From positions 205,680 through 269,679 of the forward strand of contig LCFP01000001.1 in the NCBI GenBank assembly GCA_000999095.1: a DNA stretch of 64,000 nucleotides, written 5' to 3'. Position 1 is the stretch's first letter; the number at the start of each line of letters is the position of its first letter. The stretch is from Candidatus Gottesmanbacteria bacterium GW2011_GWA2_43_14 (lineage in GTDB: Bacteria > Patescibacteriota > Microgenomatia > 2-02-FULL-39-11). The position numbers were made by a program, and so were the translations under genes. This document shows, in pieces, positions 1 through 9,043 of the stretch. Under the pieces are notes generated by a model that was not told the DNA's origin, made no database searches, and saw only the letters and a list, made by a program, of their open reading frames with translations.

Positions 1-766
1 TTTCATGCGGATTTCCCAGGTTTACAATCTGGCCAATGGTATCGGCGCTTTCGGAAACTGCTAAAATCCCCGCAACCATATCGGAAACATAACAAAAAGA
101 ACGCGTTTGTTCACCCTCACCGTAAATGGTTACCGGCTGTCCGGAAAGTGCCTGGCTGATAAAGTTTGAAATCACCCTGCCGTCGGAAGCCTGCATCCTC
201 GGCCCGTAAGTATTAAAAATTCTGATAATCCTGGTCTTCAGGCGGTACTGGCGATAAAATTCCATGGTTATAGCCTCGGCAAACCTTTTCCCTTCATCAT
301 AACAGGCCCTGATTCCGGTCGGATTTACATGTCCGAAATAGGTTTCCTTCTGAGGGTGTTCTTTGGGATCGCCGTATACTTCCGAGGTTGAAGCCAGTAG
401 AAAATGGCTGTTGTATTTACGGGCGGCTTTTAATAACAAATAAGTTCCCAGTGAATTAACCAGCAGGGTTTCAATCGGATACTTGAGGTACTTCGGAGGA
501 CTGGCTGGCGAAGCCAGATGATATATATAATCGACTCTGTCCCCTAATTCCAATTCAGTATCTTTACTGACATCTGCTTTGAGAAAACGGAAAGAAGGAT
601 GGTTCTCCAGATGCCTGATATTATCCCGGCTCCCTGTGATCAGGTTATCAATGCAGATTACCTGATGACCTTTTTCCAGCAGGCGGTCAACAAGATGTGA
701 ACCGATGAAACCGGCCCCACCTGTAACAATACTGGTCGTTTGCTTTGCCACAAAACCATCTTTCAC
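1..766 (-). CDS. UDP-glucuronate decarboxylase (UDP-xylose synthase, UXS), N-terminal about 255 aa. The C-terminus runs off the window start.
   Basis: The minus-strand translation starts VKDGFVAKQTTSIVTGGAGFIGSHLVDRLLEKGHQVICIDN and includes YHLASPASP, SEVYGDP, YDEGKRFAE, IFNTYGPRM and SDGRVISNF, which are typical UXS/RmlB-type SDR motifs. The start is a GTG at 764-766. It is absent from the ORF track because it is partial. Confidence 0.8.
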   Translation of the reverse strand, partial: MKDGFVAKQTTSIVTGGAGFIGSHLVDRLLEKGHQVICIDNLITGSRDNIRHLENHPSFRFLKADVSKDTELELGDRVDYIYHLASPASPPKYLKYPIETLLVNSLGTYLLLKAARKYNSHFLLASTSEVYGDPKEHPQKETYFGHVNPTGIRACYDEGKRFAEAITMEFYRQYRLKTRIIRIFNTYGPRMQASDGRVISNFISQALSGQPVTIYGEGEQTRSFCYVSDMVAGILAVSESADTIGQIVNLGNPHE

Positions 767-774
767 GGGTGATA

Positions 775-1743
775 TTAAACTTTCTCCCGCCAATAATTCA
801 GCAGGTCTTCCATGGTTTTTTCAAATGGAATCTCCGGCTTCCAACCGGTAATCTTCATGAATTTACCGGCATCACCAACCAGTACTTCAACATCTGACGG
901 CCTCATCCTGGTCTTATCCTGCTCGATTTTGATCTTAACCTTGCTCATTGACAGCAGCAGTTTGAGGACATCCCTGATTTTCCAGCTTTTACCGGTGGCG
1001 ATATTATAGACTTCCCCGCTTTGGCATTTTTGCACTGACAGATAATATGCTTTGACCATGTCCCGGACATCCGTGTAATCCCTTCTGGCATCCAGATTGC
1101 CGACCAGCACCACAGGTTCCTTTTTGCCTTTTTCAATTTCCGCTATCTGCCTGGCAAAAGTTGATTCGGCAAAAACATCACCCCGTCTGGGACCTGTATG
1201 GTTAAAGCCTCTGGTTCTGATGATCCTCATACCATAACTTTCATAATACTGGTACCCTATATAATCCATAGCCAGCTTGGAAACGGCATAAGGGGAAAGA
1301 GGCCGCAGCGGATTATTTTCGGTTATCGGGATTTCATCAGGAAGGACTTTCCCGTATTCTTCCGATGAACAGGCTATCTGGATGGCTATGTTCAAACCGG
1401 TTTTTTTAACGGCTTCAAAGAGATTGACGGAACCGATCACATTAATTTCCAAAGTATTGGTCGGGGATGACCAGGATGACTGGACGTACGACTGGGCTGC
1501 CAAATGGAAAATATAATCGGGTCTTGTTTCATCAACGACTTTATAAAGTGAATGGGCGTCCAGAAGATCCGCTTCATGAATAATGATTTTTTTTTGGATA
1601 TTTTCGATATTATCAGTCTTGCTGCGCCATCTCTGTATGCCGTGGACATTTACCCCCTCATCCAGCAGAAGTTCCGCCAGATGGCTGCCGGCGAAACCGG
1701 TAATGCCGGTAATAAGGGCGGTCTTTTTTCCTGTTTTTTTCAT
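775..1743 (-). CDS. NAD-dependent epimerase/dehydratase, GDP-mannose 4,6-dehydratase / GDP-4-keto-6-deoxymannose reductase (Gmd/Rmd)-like
   Basis: TGxxGxxG Rossmann motif (ITGITGFAGSHLAELLL). YAVSK catalytic YxxxK. RTRGFNHTGPRRG block typical of Gmd/Rmd enzymes. Confidence 0.7.
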   Translation of the reverse strand: MKKTGKKTALITGITGFAGSHLAELLLDEGVNVHGIQRWRSKTDNIENIQKKIIIHEADLLDAHSLYKVVDETRPDYIFHLAAQSYVQSSWSSPTNTLEINVIGSVNLFEAVKKTGLNIAIQIACSSEEYGKVLPDEIPITENNPLRPLSPYAVSKLAMDYIGYQYYESYGMRIIRTRGFNHTGPRRGDVFAESTFARQIAEIEKGKKEPVVLVGNLDARRDYTDVRDMVKAYYLSVQKCQSGEVYNIATGKSWKIRDVLKLLLSMSKVKIKIEQDKTRMRPSDVEVLVGDAGKFMKITGWKPEIPFEKTMEDLLNYWREKV

Positions 1744-1752
1744 TATTTCTCC

Positions 1753-3045
1753 TTATTCCCTACCAACACCTTTATAAACAAAACCCATAGATTTAACTTG
1801 GGCCGGGTCGTATATATTGCGACCATCGAACAGATAGGGCGTTTTCATAACTTTTTTAATTTCACGCAAATCCAGCTGTTTGAATTCATTCCATTCCGTC
1901 AGAAGGAGCACCGCGTGGGCTCCTGCGGCGGCTTCTGCCGGTGACCCGGTAAAAGTGACATCCGTGATAACCTTGGCAGCATTGTCAACGGCAACGGGAT
2001 CAAAAGCTTTGATTTTGGCCCCTTTGGCCTGCAGCAGTCTGATTATATCAATGGAAGGCGCCTCACGCATGTCATCGGTGTTGGGCTTGAATGCCAATCC
2101 CCAGACGGCCAGAGTTTTTCCCTTGACTCCGGAAAGCGTCCTGTCAACTTTTTCCACAAATCTTTTTCTAGCATCATCATTTATCAGATTTACGGCTTTT
2201 AAAAGATCGAAGTCATATTTTTTCGATTTGGCGATGGCTATCAGGGCTTTGACGTCCTTGGGGAAGCAGCTGCCGCCAAAACCGACTCCGGCATAAAGGA
2301 ACATTCTTCCCAGGCGCTTATCCAGACCGACCCCGTTTAAAACATCTTCGACGTCAGCGCCCACTGCATCGCATATAAATGACATGGCATTGGCAAAAGA
2401 AATCTTGTTGGCTAAAAGCGCATTAGAAGCATATTTGATCATTTCCGCGGATTCAATGGTTGTGTTTATTCTCTCTCCGTCTATCGGTTTATGCAGGTCC
2501 AACAGAATTGTTTTGGCTTTAATGCTGTCGAAACCAATAACAATCCTGTCAGGATTGAGTGTGTCGGAAATGGCACTGCCTTCCCTCAGGAATTCGGGAC
2601 AGGAAGCTATGTCAAAAGGCACTTTGCCGGCTACGATTTTTTTTATAACCTTGGCAACTTGCCTGTTTGTACCAACAGGCACGGTACTTTTGGTAACAAT
2701 GAGTGCATAGTTTTTCAGATTTCTGCCGATTTCTTCGCTTGATTTGAAAACCGCTGACAGGTCAGCTTCACCGTTTTGCTTGGACGGCGTCCCGACACAA
2801 ATAAAGATGACTTTCGATTCGGAAACAGCCTCCTGGTAGTTGAGGGTGAATTTCAGCCTGCCGGAAAGCGTATTTCTCTTCACCATTTCTTCCAGACCGG
2901 GTTCAAAAAAAGGCATGATGCCTTTTTTCAAATTGTCTATTTTTGATTTAGTGCGCCCGACCACCCAAACAGAGTTGCCCAAATCTGCAAAAACTGCTGC
3001 TGTCACCAAACCGACATAGCCGTGTCCGATAAATGCTATCTTCAT
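1753..3045 (-). CDS. ugd: UDP-glucose 6-dehydrogenase
   Basis: MKIAFIGHGYVGLV N-terminal Rossmann motif. GGSCFPKDV catalytic-Cys motif. 430 aa. Confidence 0.9.
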   Translation of the reverse strand: MKIAFIGHGYVGLVTAAVFADLGNSVWVVGRTKSKIDNLKKGIMPFFEPGLEEMVKRNTLSGRLKFTLNYQEAVSESKVIFICVGTPSKQNGEADLSAVFKSSEEIGRNLKNYALIVTKSTVPVGTNRQVAKVIKKIVAGKVPFDIASCPEFLREGSAISDTLNPDRIVIGFDSIKAKTILLDLHKPIDGERINTTIESAEMIKYASNALLANKISFANAMSFICDAVGADVEDVLNGVGLDKRLGRMFLYAGVGFGGSCFPKDVKALIAIAKSKKYDFDLLKAVNLINDDARKRFVEKVDRTLSGVKGKTLAVWGLAFKPNTDDMREAPSIDIIRLLQAKGAKIKAFDPVAVDNAAKVITDVTFTGSPAEAAAGAHAVLLLTEWNEFKQLDLREIKKVMKTPYLFDGRNIYDPAQVKSMGFVYKGVGRE

Positions 3046-3108
3046 ATAAATAAATTATCATTCCTAAGACAAACAACTATCAGGGAATGAAAAAATAAAA
3101 CTTAAAAA

Positions 3109-3981
3109 TTATGAATCCTGTTGTTTAACGGTTTTAAGCCCTTGTGCAAAATCACTCATAGTAATCCCTAATTTACTTATTTTATCATTTTTCAGTGCCA
3201 ACTTAAACGGACGAAAAGCCCTGTCTTTAAAGTAAGTTGCCCGGTCAATCGGAATTATTTCGCACTTAATATTATAAGTGGCGGCAATCGTCCTGACGGC
3301 ATCTATTGTGGTCAAACTGCTGCCGCCTGTCAAATGATAAATACCGGGCAAATTCCTGCCCAGAAATACTTTGAGGCCGGTTGCTATATCATCAACCAAA
3401 GTGGGAGTAAAAATATGGTCAGTCAGGGCATGGATTTTTCCTTCTTTCTTGAACTGGTCAATTATGCGGTGTACAAAATCTTTTTTCGGTTCAAATAAAT
3501 TCCTGTAAGGATAACTTATGCGTATCACACTAAAATCGACATTCGATTCCGCTAAATGTTCTTCTCCCAGATGCTTGGTGTAACCGTACCAGCTTACTGG
3601 ATTCGGCAAATCATCTTCATGATATTCGTCACTGGTTCCGTCAAATACGAAATCGGTGGACACATAAATTACCCGTTTGCCGTATTTCCTGGCACAGGCT
3701 ATGATATTATCTGTACCGACGACGTTTATTCGCCAGGCTCCGCCGTCATCACCTAAAATCTTATCGTCTTCGCAGGCATCAACGTCAGTTTTTGCAGCCA
3801 TGTGCAGGATAACCTCAGAATCGGACTCCCGAACGGCTTTGTCGACTGCCTCAAAATCAGTGATATCAATACCGGTTGTCAGACTGACATCCCTAAACTC
3901 ATACTCTGAGGATAATATTTCGCTGATTCTGGTACCGACCAGTCCGGATAAACCTGTTGCTAATATCGGTATTTTTGTCAT
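3109..3981 (-). CDS. rmlD: dTDP-4-dehydrorhamnose reductase
   Basis: 290-aa SDR with TGxxGxxG (ATGLSGLVGTRI) and YGYTK motif. Its 4-bp overlap with the next gene (stop/start at 3978-3981) indicates operon coupling with rmlB. Confidence 0.85.
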   Translation of the reverse strand: MTKIPILATGLSGLVGTRISEILSSEYEFRDVSLTTGIDITDFEAVDKAVRESDSEVILHMAAKTDVDACEDDKILGDDGGAWRINVVGTDNIIACARKYGKRVIYVSTDFVFDGTSDEYHEDDLPNPVSWYGYTKHLGEEHLAESNVDFSVIRISYPYRNLFEPKKDFVHRIIDQFKKEGKIHALTDHIFTPTLVDDIATGLKVFLGRNLPGIYHLTGGSSLTTIDAVRTIAATYNIKCEIIPIDRATYFKDRAFRPFKLALKNDKISKLGITMSDFAQGLKTVKQQDS

Positions 3982-4988
3982 TGTTGATACTGTTTCCGGT
4001 AATATTCCCGGAATTGACGGCCTTTAAGTTTTTTCCACCAGCTTTTATGCTCCAGATACCAGTCTACCGTTTCCCTGAGCCGTTTATCAAAATCAGCTTT
4101 CGGTTGCCAGCCTAATTCATTTTTAATCCTGCTCCAGTCGAGGGCATACTTCAGATCATGGCCGACACGGTCTTTCACGAATTCAAGCTGTTTTTCATCC
4201 TTATCCATCAGCTTCAGAATTTTCTTTACTACCTCCAAATTGGAGATATCCGAAGTCAATCCGCCGACACAATATACTCTACCGGGCTGTCCTTTTTTTA
4301 AAACCAGATCAATAGCCCGGCAATGATCGTCCACATAAAGCCAGTCACGGACGTTTCTGCCGTCGCCGTAGACAGGCACTTTTAATCCTTCCAGCAGGTT
4401 GGTAATGGTCAAAGGTATTAATTTTTCAGGATGTTGATACGGACCGTAATTGTTGGAACAGTTGGTGATGGTTACCGGCAAACCGTATGTTTCATAATAG
4501 GCCAGCACCAGGTGGTCTGAGGCGGCCTTGCTGGCAGCATATGGGCTGCGGGGACGGTAGCGGGTATCTTCATTGAATTTCTTACGCCCGGCCAGACTCA
4601 AAGTACCGTACACTTCATCAGTCGAAATATGATGAAAATGCCCAACCTTATTCTTGACTGCCTGCTCAAGTAAAACCTGTGTACCCAAAACATTTGTCCT
4701 TAAAAAGACTTGCGGGTCGGCAATCGAACGGTCAACATGCGTTTCAGCGGCAAAATGCACAACCATCTCCGCATCTTTCATGGCTTCCGACACAAGTTCC
4801 CTGTTGTTAATATCCCCTTGAATAAACCGGTAGCGGGAACTGCCCTCAAAATCAGCCAGGCTGTCCGGATTGCCGGCATAAGTCAGGACGTCATAATTCA
4901 CGATTTTGTCCTGTGAGTATTTTTCCAGCCAGTACCTGATGAAATTGGTGCCGATAAATCCGGCTCCTCCGGTTACCAGTATATTCAT
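3978..4988 (-). CDS. rmlB: dTDP-glucose 4,6-dehydratase
   Basis: MNILVTGGAGFIGTNFIRY. HFHHISTDEVYG. YAASKAASDHLV. NCSNNYGPYQHPEKLIP. Confidence 0.9.
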   Translation of the reverse strand: MNILVTGGAGFIGTNFIRYWLEKYSQDKIVNYDVLTYAGNPDSLADFEGSSRYRFIQGDINNRELVSEAMKDAEMVVHFAAETHVDRSIADPQVFLRTNVLGTQVLLEQAVKNKVGHFHHISTDEVYGTLSLAGRKKFNEDTRYRPRSPYAASKAASDHLVLAYYETYGLPVTITNCSNNYGPYQHPEKLIPLTITNLLEGLKVPVYGDGRNVRDWLYVDDHCRAIDLVLKKGQPGRVYCVGGLTSDISNLEVVKKILKLMDKDEKQLEFVKDRVGHDLKYALDWSRIKNELGWQPKADFDKRLRETVDWYLEHKSWWKKLKGRQFREYYRKQYQQ

Positions 4989-4994
4989 TCTAGA

Positions 4995-5486
4995 TTATTT
5001 TATTTCTGGTCCTTTCAGCCAATCATAGCCGATTTTCGGATCATCATGAGGCAACCGTCCTTCTTCCTGCGGATTATAGACGCCCGAGGTAACATAAAAA
5101 ATTTCAGCTTCGCCACCGAGTACTTTCAGTCCGTGCGCCACACCGGCCGGAATTTTTAGAACTATATTTCCGGAATGTTCTCCCATAAAAAATTCATTCA
5201 GCAATCCTTCCGTCGGAGAATTTTCCCTTAAGTCAAATAGGGCTGTCTTGACGTCGCCGCGGCTTATATACCACCAGTCAATTTGGGTTTTATGGATATG
5301 CCAGGCCTTGATCACACCGGAATACATTAAAGCATGGGAAACCTGGCCGAATCCTTCACTGAAAAAATGGTCAGTTACACGGATCAGCTCTTCAAAATAT
5401 CCCCTTTCATCCTTGTGCCGCACCGGCTCTTTTATTTGCACACCGTCAATAAGCTTTTCCTTATTAACTGATAAATTTGTTTTCAT
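4995..5486 (-). CDS. rmlC: dTDP-4-dehydrorhamnose 3,5-epimerase
   Basis: Cupin-fold RmlC motifs (DERGYFEEL, VIKAWHIH, LFDLRENSPTEG). I moved the start to the internal ATG (MKTNLS), which forms an ATGA overlap with rmlA. The ORF-track start at 5576 is probably too long. Confidence 0.8.
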   Translation of the reverse strand: MKTNLSVNKEKLIDGVQIKEPVRHKDERGYFEELIRVTDHFFSEGFGQVSHALMYSGVIKAWHIHKTQIDWWYISRGDVKTALFDLRENSPTEGLLNEFFMGEHSGNIVLKIPAGVAHGLKVLGGEAEIFYVTSGVYNPQEEGRLPHDDPKIGYDWLKGPEIK

Positions 5487-6217
5487 ATACCTCCTTTGTT
5501 TGCCCAATAGACATTTGCCCGGTAAAGGGTTTCGAAAGTACCCGCATCTGACCAAAACCCTTTCAGTTCGACCCATTGCAGCATTTTTTTCCTGATATAA
5601 ATGTTATTAACATCGGTAATTTCAATCTCCCCGCGGGCTGATGGCCGGCAGCTCCGGATATGATCAAATACTTTTTTGTCATAAATATATAGGCCGGTTG
5701 CCGCAAATTCGCTTTTGGGAATTTTCGGTTTTTCCTCAATGGCATTTATTTTATCCGGGTGCTCTTTATCGAAAACAGCGACCCCGAAACGGCGGATTTG
5801 CTCCTTATTATTTATTTTCTTCAGAAATACAGTCGCTCCCTCACGGAAAGCGGCAACTTGTGAAGAAATATCGGCATCGGTCGTATTGTCCCCGAGGATG
5901 ACCGTTAAGGAATCATTGTCGGCAAAATCCTCGCCGATCAGCAGTGCGTCAGCTATGCCTCCGTTCGGTTTTTCCTGGTAGGCGTACTCAAGGTGCCGTA
6001 CTCCCAATTCTTTGCCGTTTTTCAAAACCCGGATAAAATGGCCTGCATGCGGGCCGCTTGTCACAATCAAAATCTCATCTATACCCGCAGAAACCAGAGT
6101 CCTGATGGGGTAAAAAATCATCGGGCTGTTATAAACCGGCAGCAGATGTTTATTGGTGGCATGGGTCAGGGGATAGAGTCTTGTGCCTAATCCGCCTGCC
6201 AAAATAATACCTTTCAT
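5483..6217 (-). CDS. rmlA: glucose-1-phosphate thymidylyltransferase (short form)
   Basis: MKGIILAGGLGTRLYPLTHATNKHLLPVYNSPMIFYPI is the canonical RmlA N-terminus. Confidence 0.85.
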   Translation of the reverse strand: MKGIILAGGLGTRLYPLTHATNKHLLPVYNSPMIFYPIRTLVSAGIDEILIVTSGPHAGHFIRVLKNGKELGVRHLEYAYQEKPNGGIADALLIGEDFADNDSLTVILGDNTTDADISSQVAAFREGATVFLKKINNKEQIRRFGVAVFDKEHPDKINAIEEKPKIPKSEFAATGLYIYDKKVFDHIRSCRPSARGEIEITDVNNIYIRKKMLQWVELKGFWSDAGTFETLYRANVYWANKGGI

Positions 6218-6226
6218 AGTTAAGTA

Positions 6227-6499
6227 TCAGCGGAGAAATGCTCCCCGTAGTATTGTGACGGCCAAAAATGCAATGAGAATGTATTCTATCACAACTTTCA
6301 GGTGTAAATCACCTTTTAGGTAATGGTACAGAATGCCCCAAACCACATAGAGTGCGGAGATCGCGACTGTCAGGGAAAATTGCCTGTCGGGATAACCGCG
6401 GTTGGCAAAAAAAAGAACCAAGCCAGTCGCAAGGATCAAAATCAGCAGAAAATTATGAAATATGTAATGATGTTTTCTCATTTTAGAGAATGGCGCCAA
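6227..6499 (-). CDS. small membrane protein of unknown function (3 predicted TM helices)
   Basis: 90-aa ORF with hydrophobic helices. No recognisable domain. Confidence 0.4.
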   Translation of the reverse strand: MAPFSKMRKHHYIFHNFLLILILATGLVLFFANRGYPDRQFSLTVAISALYVVWGILYHYLKGDLHLKVVIEYILIAFLAVTILRGAFLR

Positions 6500-7349
6500 G
6501 ACCGGTGGCGCTCATGGCTCCCAACAGCGTCAGGAAAAATAAAATATGGGCCAGGCTGTGACCCGTAAGCCTGATTGTTTTATGCTTCCAAATAAACACG
6601 CTGTCCAGCATTAAAAGCACCAGCATAAATTCAGCCAAAACCAATGACAGCAGTCTGGGCAGGCTGGTTGCCGCCGGCAAAGGTCTGATTTGAGCTTGGG
6701 CTACTGCCGGTACCGGCTGCAACACAGGTTCAATTCTCATACTGCTTTCAGTGAGGTCGCTGACTGGCAGTGTTCTGTCCCTGGAACCGAATTCCTGAAC
6801 GACTAAAGTTGTTTCCTCTCCGTTCAGACGGCCGTTGACTACAGCCAAACCGATTTCAGTATACTCCCTTTTCAGGATGTTTACCCGGTGGGTAGGTGAA
6901 TTCATCCAGGCCATGACTACTTCTTCCGAGGTATCAAAACTTTTAGCCAGATTCTCACCGGCATAAATATACTGGTAGCCGTTCCTGACAATAAATTCCC
7001 AGGGAGTCGTACCTGTCGGCGAAATATGAGCCCAATAATTTTTATCGAACATGTCCCCGGCTTTTTCCGCGGCGGCACCGGATAATTCCATCGAATAAGA
7101 AAGTACCGGCATGCCTTCTTTTTGCCGTTCCCAGTTTACCAGCTGAAATACCCTTTCAATATTGATATCGGTCGCGAATCCCAGGATATTCGGATTGGTT
7201 TTCCTGACTTGTATGTAAACAGTCTGGATCAGCAAAAGAAACAGAACATAAATGAGGATACTGGGGTGATGCAGTGTTTTCGCCCGGTAATTATTGGTAT
7301 GGTGGGGAAGAAAAAAATGGGCAATAAAATGCCCCAGTTTTAATAACAT
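6483..7349 (-). CDS. CAP/SCP (PR-1-like, YkwD-type) domain protein with N- and C-terminal TM segments
   Basis: NYWAHISPTG, GENLAKSF and AWMNSPTHRVNIL...YTEIGLAVV match CAP-domain signature blocks. Confidence 0.7.
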   Translation of the reverse strand: MLLKLGHFIAHFFLPHHTNNYRAKTLHHPSILIYVLFLLLIQTVYIQVRKTNPNILGFATDINIERVFQLVNWERQKEGMPVLSYSMELSGAAAEKAGDMFDKNYWAHISPTGTTPWEFIVRNGYQYIYAGENLAKSFDTSEEVVMAWMNSPTHRVNILKREYTEIGLAVVNGRLNGEETTLVVQEFGSRDRTLPVSDLTESSMRIEPVLQPVPAVAQAQIRPLPAATSLPRLLSLVLAEFMLVLLMLDSVFIWKHKTIRLTGHSLAHILFFLTLLGAMSATGLGAIL

Positions 7350-7373
7350 TAATATTCATTTTAATTACTCGTG

Positions 7374-7778
7374 TCAGAGTTCACAAGTATAGACTGTCTC
7401 ACCCAGGCACTTGTCTTTACCGTTCCGGCCGTATACCTTGTCAAAACCGTCCCCGCCGGAAATAAAGTCATTGCCGTTCCCGCCGTCAAGCACGTCATCG
7501 CCATCATCACCGTAAAGCATATCATTGCCGTTCGAGCCTTCCAGCTTATCTTTGCCTTCTCCGCCCGACAAAATGTCATTGCCGTTCGATCCCTTGAGGG
7601 TATCAGCGCCTGAGCCTCCGTAAATCCGGTCATGGCCGTTCGATCCTTCCAAAACATCATTGCCTTCTTCCCCATACAAAAAATCGTCGCCGTTGCTGTT
7701 ATTGATCCTGTCATTACCCGAACCGCCGATGACGCAATCACTGCCGTTTCCACTGTCAATCCGGTCATTGCCTTCCAA
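7374..7778 (-). CDS. RTX-type (hemolysin-type calcium-binding) nonapeptide-repeat protein. Short, TTG start, possibly a fragment.
   Basis: About 13 tandem GGxGxDxLx-type repeats (GSGNDRINN, GEEGNDVLE, GSNGNDILS and so on). There is no ATG: the ORF starts at a TTG and an in-frame stop lies 16 codons upstream. Confidence 0.55.
   Translation of the reverse strand: MEGNDRIDSGNGSDCVIGGSGNDRINNSNGDDFLYGEEGNDVLEGSNGHDRIYGGSGADTLKGSNGNDILSGGEGKDKLEGSNGNDMLYGDDGDDVLDGGNGNDFISGGDGFDKVYGRNGKDKCLGETVYTCEL
7390..7770 (-). repeat. tandem 27-bp (nonapeptide) repeat tract encoding RTX-type GGxGxD repeats
   Basis: Recurrent gccgttc / ccgtt...gcc periodicity visible in the DNA. The alternate-frame ORF 7361..7768 is an artefact of it. 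Confidence 0.6.
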
Positions 7779-7940
7779 ACCGTAAATTGGAAGAATTAGA
7801 CTGAAGGAGTAATCAATTTCTGTAATTCAGTATTTGTTTCTTCATTACTCACATCTTCAAATTGCTGTAGTTTATACATATAAATATACTGTGAAGTAAC
7901 AGTGTATTTAATTAATAAGCATTTTTTTATCTTTAGAGAA

Positions 7941-8270
7941 TTAAACCAGAGGCTTTTGTGTTCGCTTCCTAACCAATTCACTTATGGCTTTTGCAACTCC
8001 GAAACAATATTTCTCAATAATTAGATTAGGAATATGAATAGTATGGAAATTATCTATTTCAGAGTAGTGTGATCTACCGAAATCCCTTGCGATTTGATCA
8101 GGATCTAAAAAATGGTGCATTCCATCCACTTCAATATAAATTTGTGCGTCAAGAATAGCTATGTCGACATGTTTATGTCCGTCTGAGTATTCATATTCAG
8201 CATTAACGCCCAATCTTTTAAGTTCGTTAAAGAGTTTTTCTGCCTGCGGTGTACTATGTAGATGATTCAT
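7941..8270 (-). CDS. DUF559-like (Vsr/restriction-endonuclease-fold) protein
   Basis: EKLFNELKRLGVNAEYEY...HVDIAILDAQIYIEVDGMHHF...ARDFGRS resembles the DUF559 core (L..L...G..F..Q..IG.Y.VDF.....IELDG..H......D..RD). Confidence 0.45.
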   Translation of the reverse strand: MNHLHSTPQAEKLFNELKRLGVNAEYEYSDGHKHVDIAILDAQIYIEVDGMHHFLDPDQIARDFGRSHYSEIDNFHTIHIPNLIIEKYCFGVAKAISELVRKRTQKPLV

Positions 8271-8288
8271 ATAACTATCTACGATTCT

Positions 8289-8495
8289 TCAGGAAACTGG
8301 AGACTTTTTATAATCCACTCGAATGCATACATCTCTGAAACAAAGAATCATAAGTCTGAGAATCATATTTACTTTTAACTGACTTGTAGCTGTAACTGCA
8401 TTTAAATTACAATCTTTTTTGAAATTAGCCGGTCTTAATATAAACCAATAAAAAGAAAATAGTATTAAACCGATCGTCAGTAAGAACCACATCAT
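8289..8495 (-). CDS. small hydrophobic protein, unknown function
   Basis: 68-aa ORF with one TM helix. Weak support. Confidence 0.25.
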   Translation of the reverse strand: MMWFLLTIGLILFSFYWFILRPANFKKDCNLNAVTATSQLKVNMILRLMILCFRDVCIRVDYKKSPVS

Positions 8496-8516
8496 AATTT
8501 GATTATAATACGAATC

Positions 8517-9032
8517 ATGAAACTATTCTTTAAAATCTTGCATAAAAGATTCTGGACAAGAAATATAATTTTAGTCTGTACACTCTTGGTTTTAACTTCA
8601 ATTCTTATGTATTTGAATCAACCTAAACAATATAGTTTTCTTCCGAAATTTAAAGGCATGGTTTCTGACACGGATAAAACTATTCAAATTTTCGGTCTGA
8701 GGTATTCTTCATACCTGTCCGGCAATTCATCCCCGGCAGAATTTAAAGAGGCTCTTATTAACTTTCAGGATGATTTGATTAGCCTTAATGAAGGATTGGA
8801 GAATTTAAAGCCTAATAAGGAACACCAGGAGCTATACAAACAATACCTGACTGGAATCAGTCTGGTAAAAGGTGTGGTCAAATACAACCTTGAAAACCTG
8901 ACTGATGAAATCCTTGATGCTGATTTAGTGGAGGAAGAACAGGTAAAAATGGAAACAGGATTAAATTTAATTCAACTTACTAAGGAAAAACTAGGGATAG
9001 AATCAACTTCTCAGCCAGAAAGCTTAATTTAA
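8517..9032 (+). CDS. membrane-anchored hypothetical protein
   Basis: N-terminal TM helix (NIILVCTLLVLTSILMYL) followed by a hydrophilic domain. The start is probably the internal MKLFF. Confidence 0.4.
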   Translation: MKLFFKILHKRFWTRNIILVCTLLVLTSILMYLNQPKQYSFLPKFKGMVSDTDKTIQIFGLRYSSYLSGNSSPAEFKEALINFQDDLISLNEGLENLKPNKEHQELYKQYLTGISLVKGVVKYNLENLTDEILDADLVEEEQVKMETGLNLIQLTKEKLGIESTSQPESLI

Positions 9033-9043
9033 GTATTCATGAG

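Noticed and set aside
7361-7768. 135-aa ORF on the minus strand overlapping the RTX-repeat ORF in another frame
   Set aside because: Its Thr/Ala/Met-rich, low-complexity translation is the frame-shifted image of the GGxGxD repeats. It is an artefact of the repeat periodicity.
7390-7770. Possible CRISPR array suggested by regularly spaced repeats
   Set aside because: The repeats are 27-bp in-frame coding repeats (RTX nonapeptides) without unique spacers. The same applies to the PSAP tract at 17270..17480 and the 27-bp duplication at 56939.
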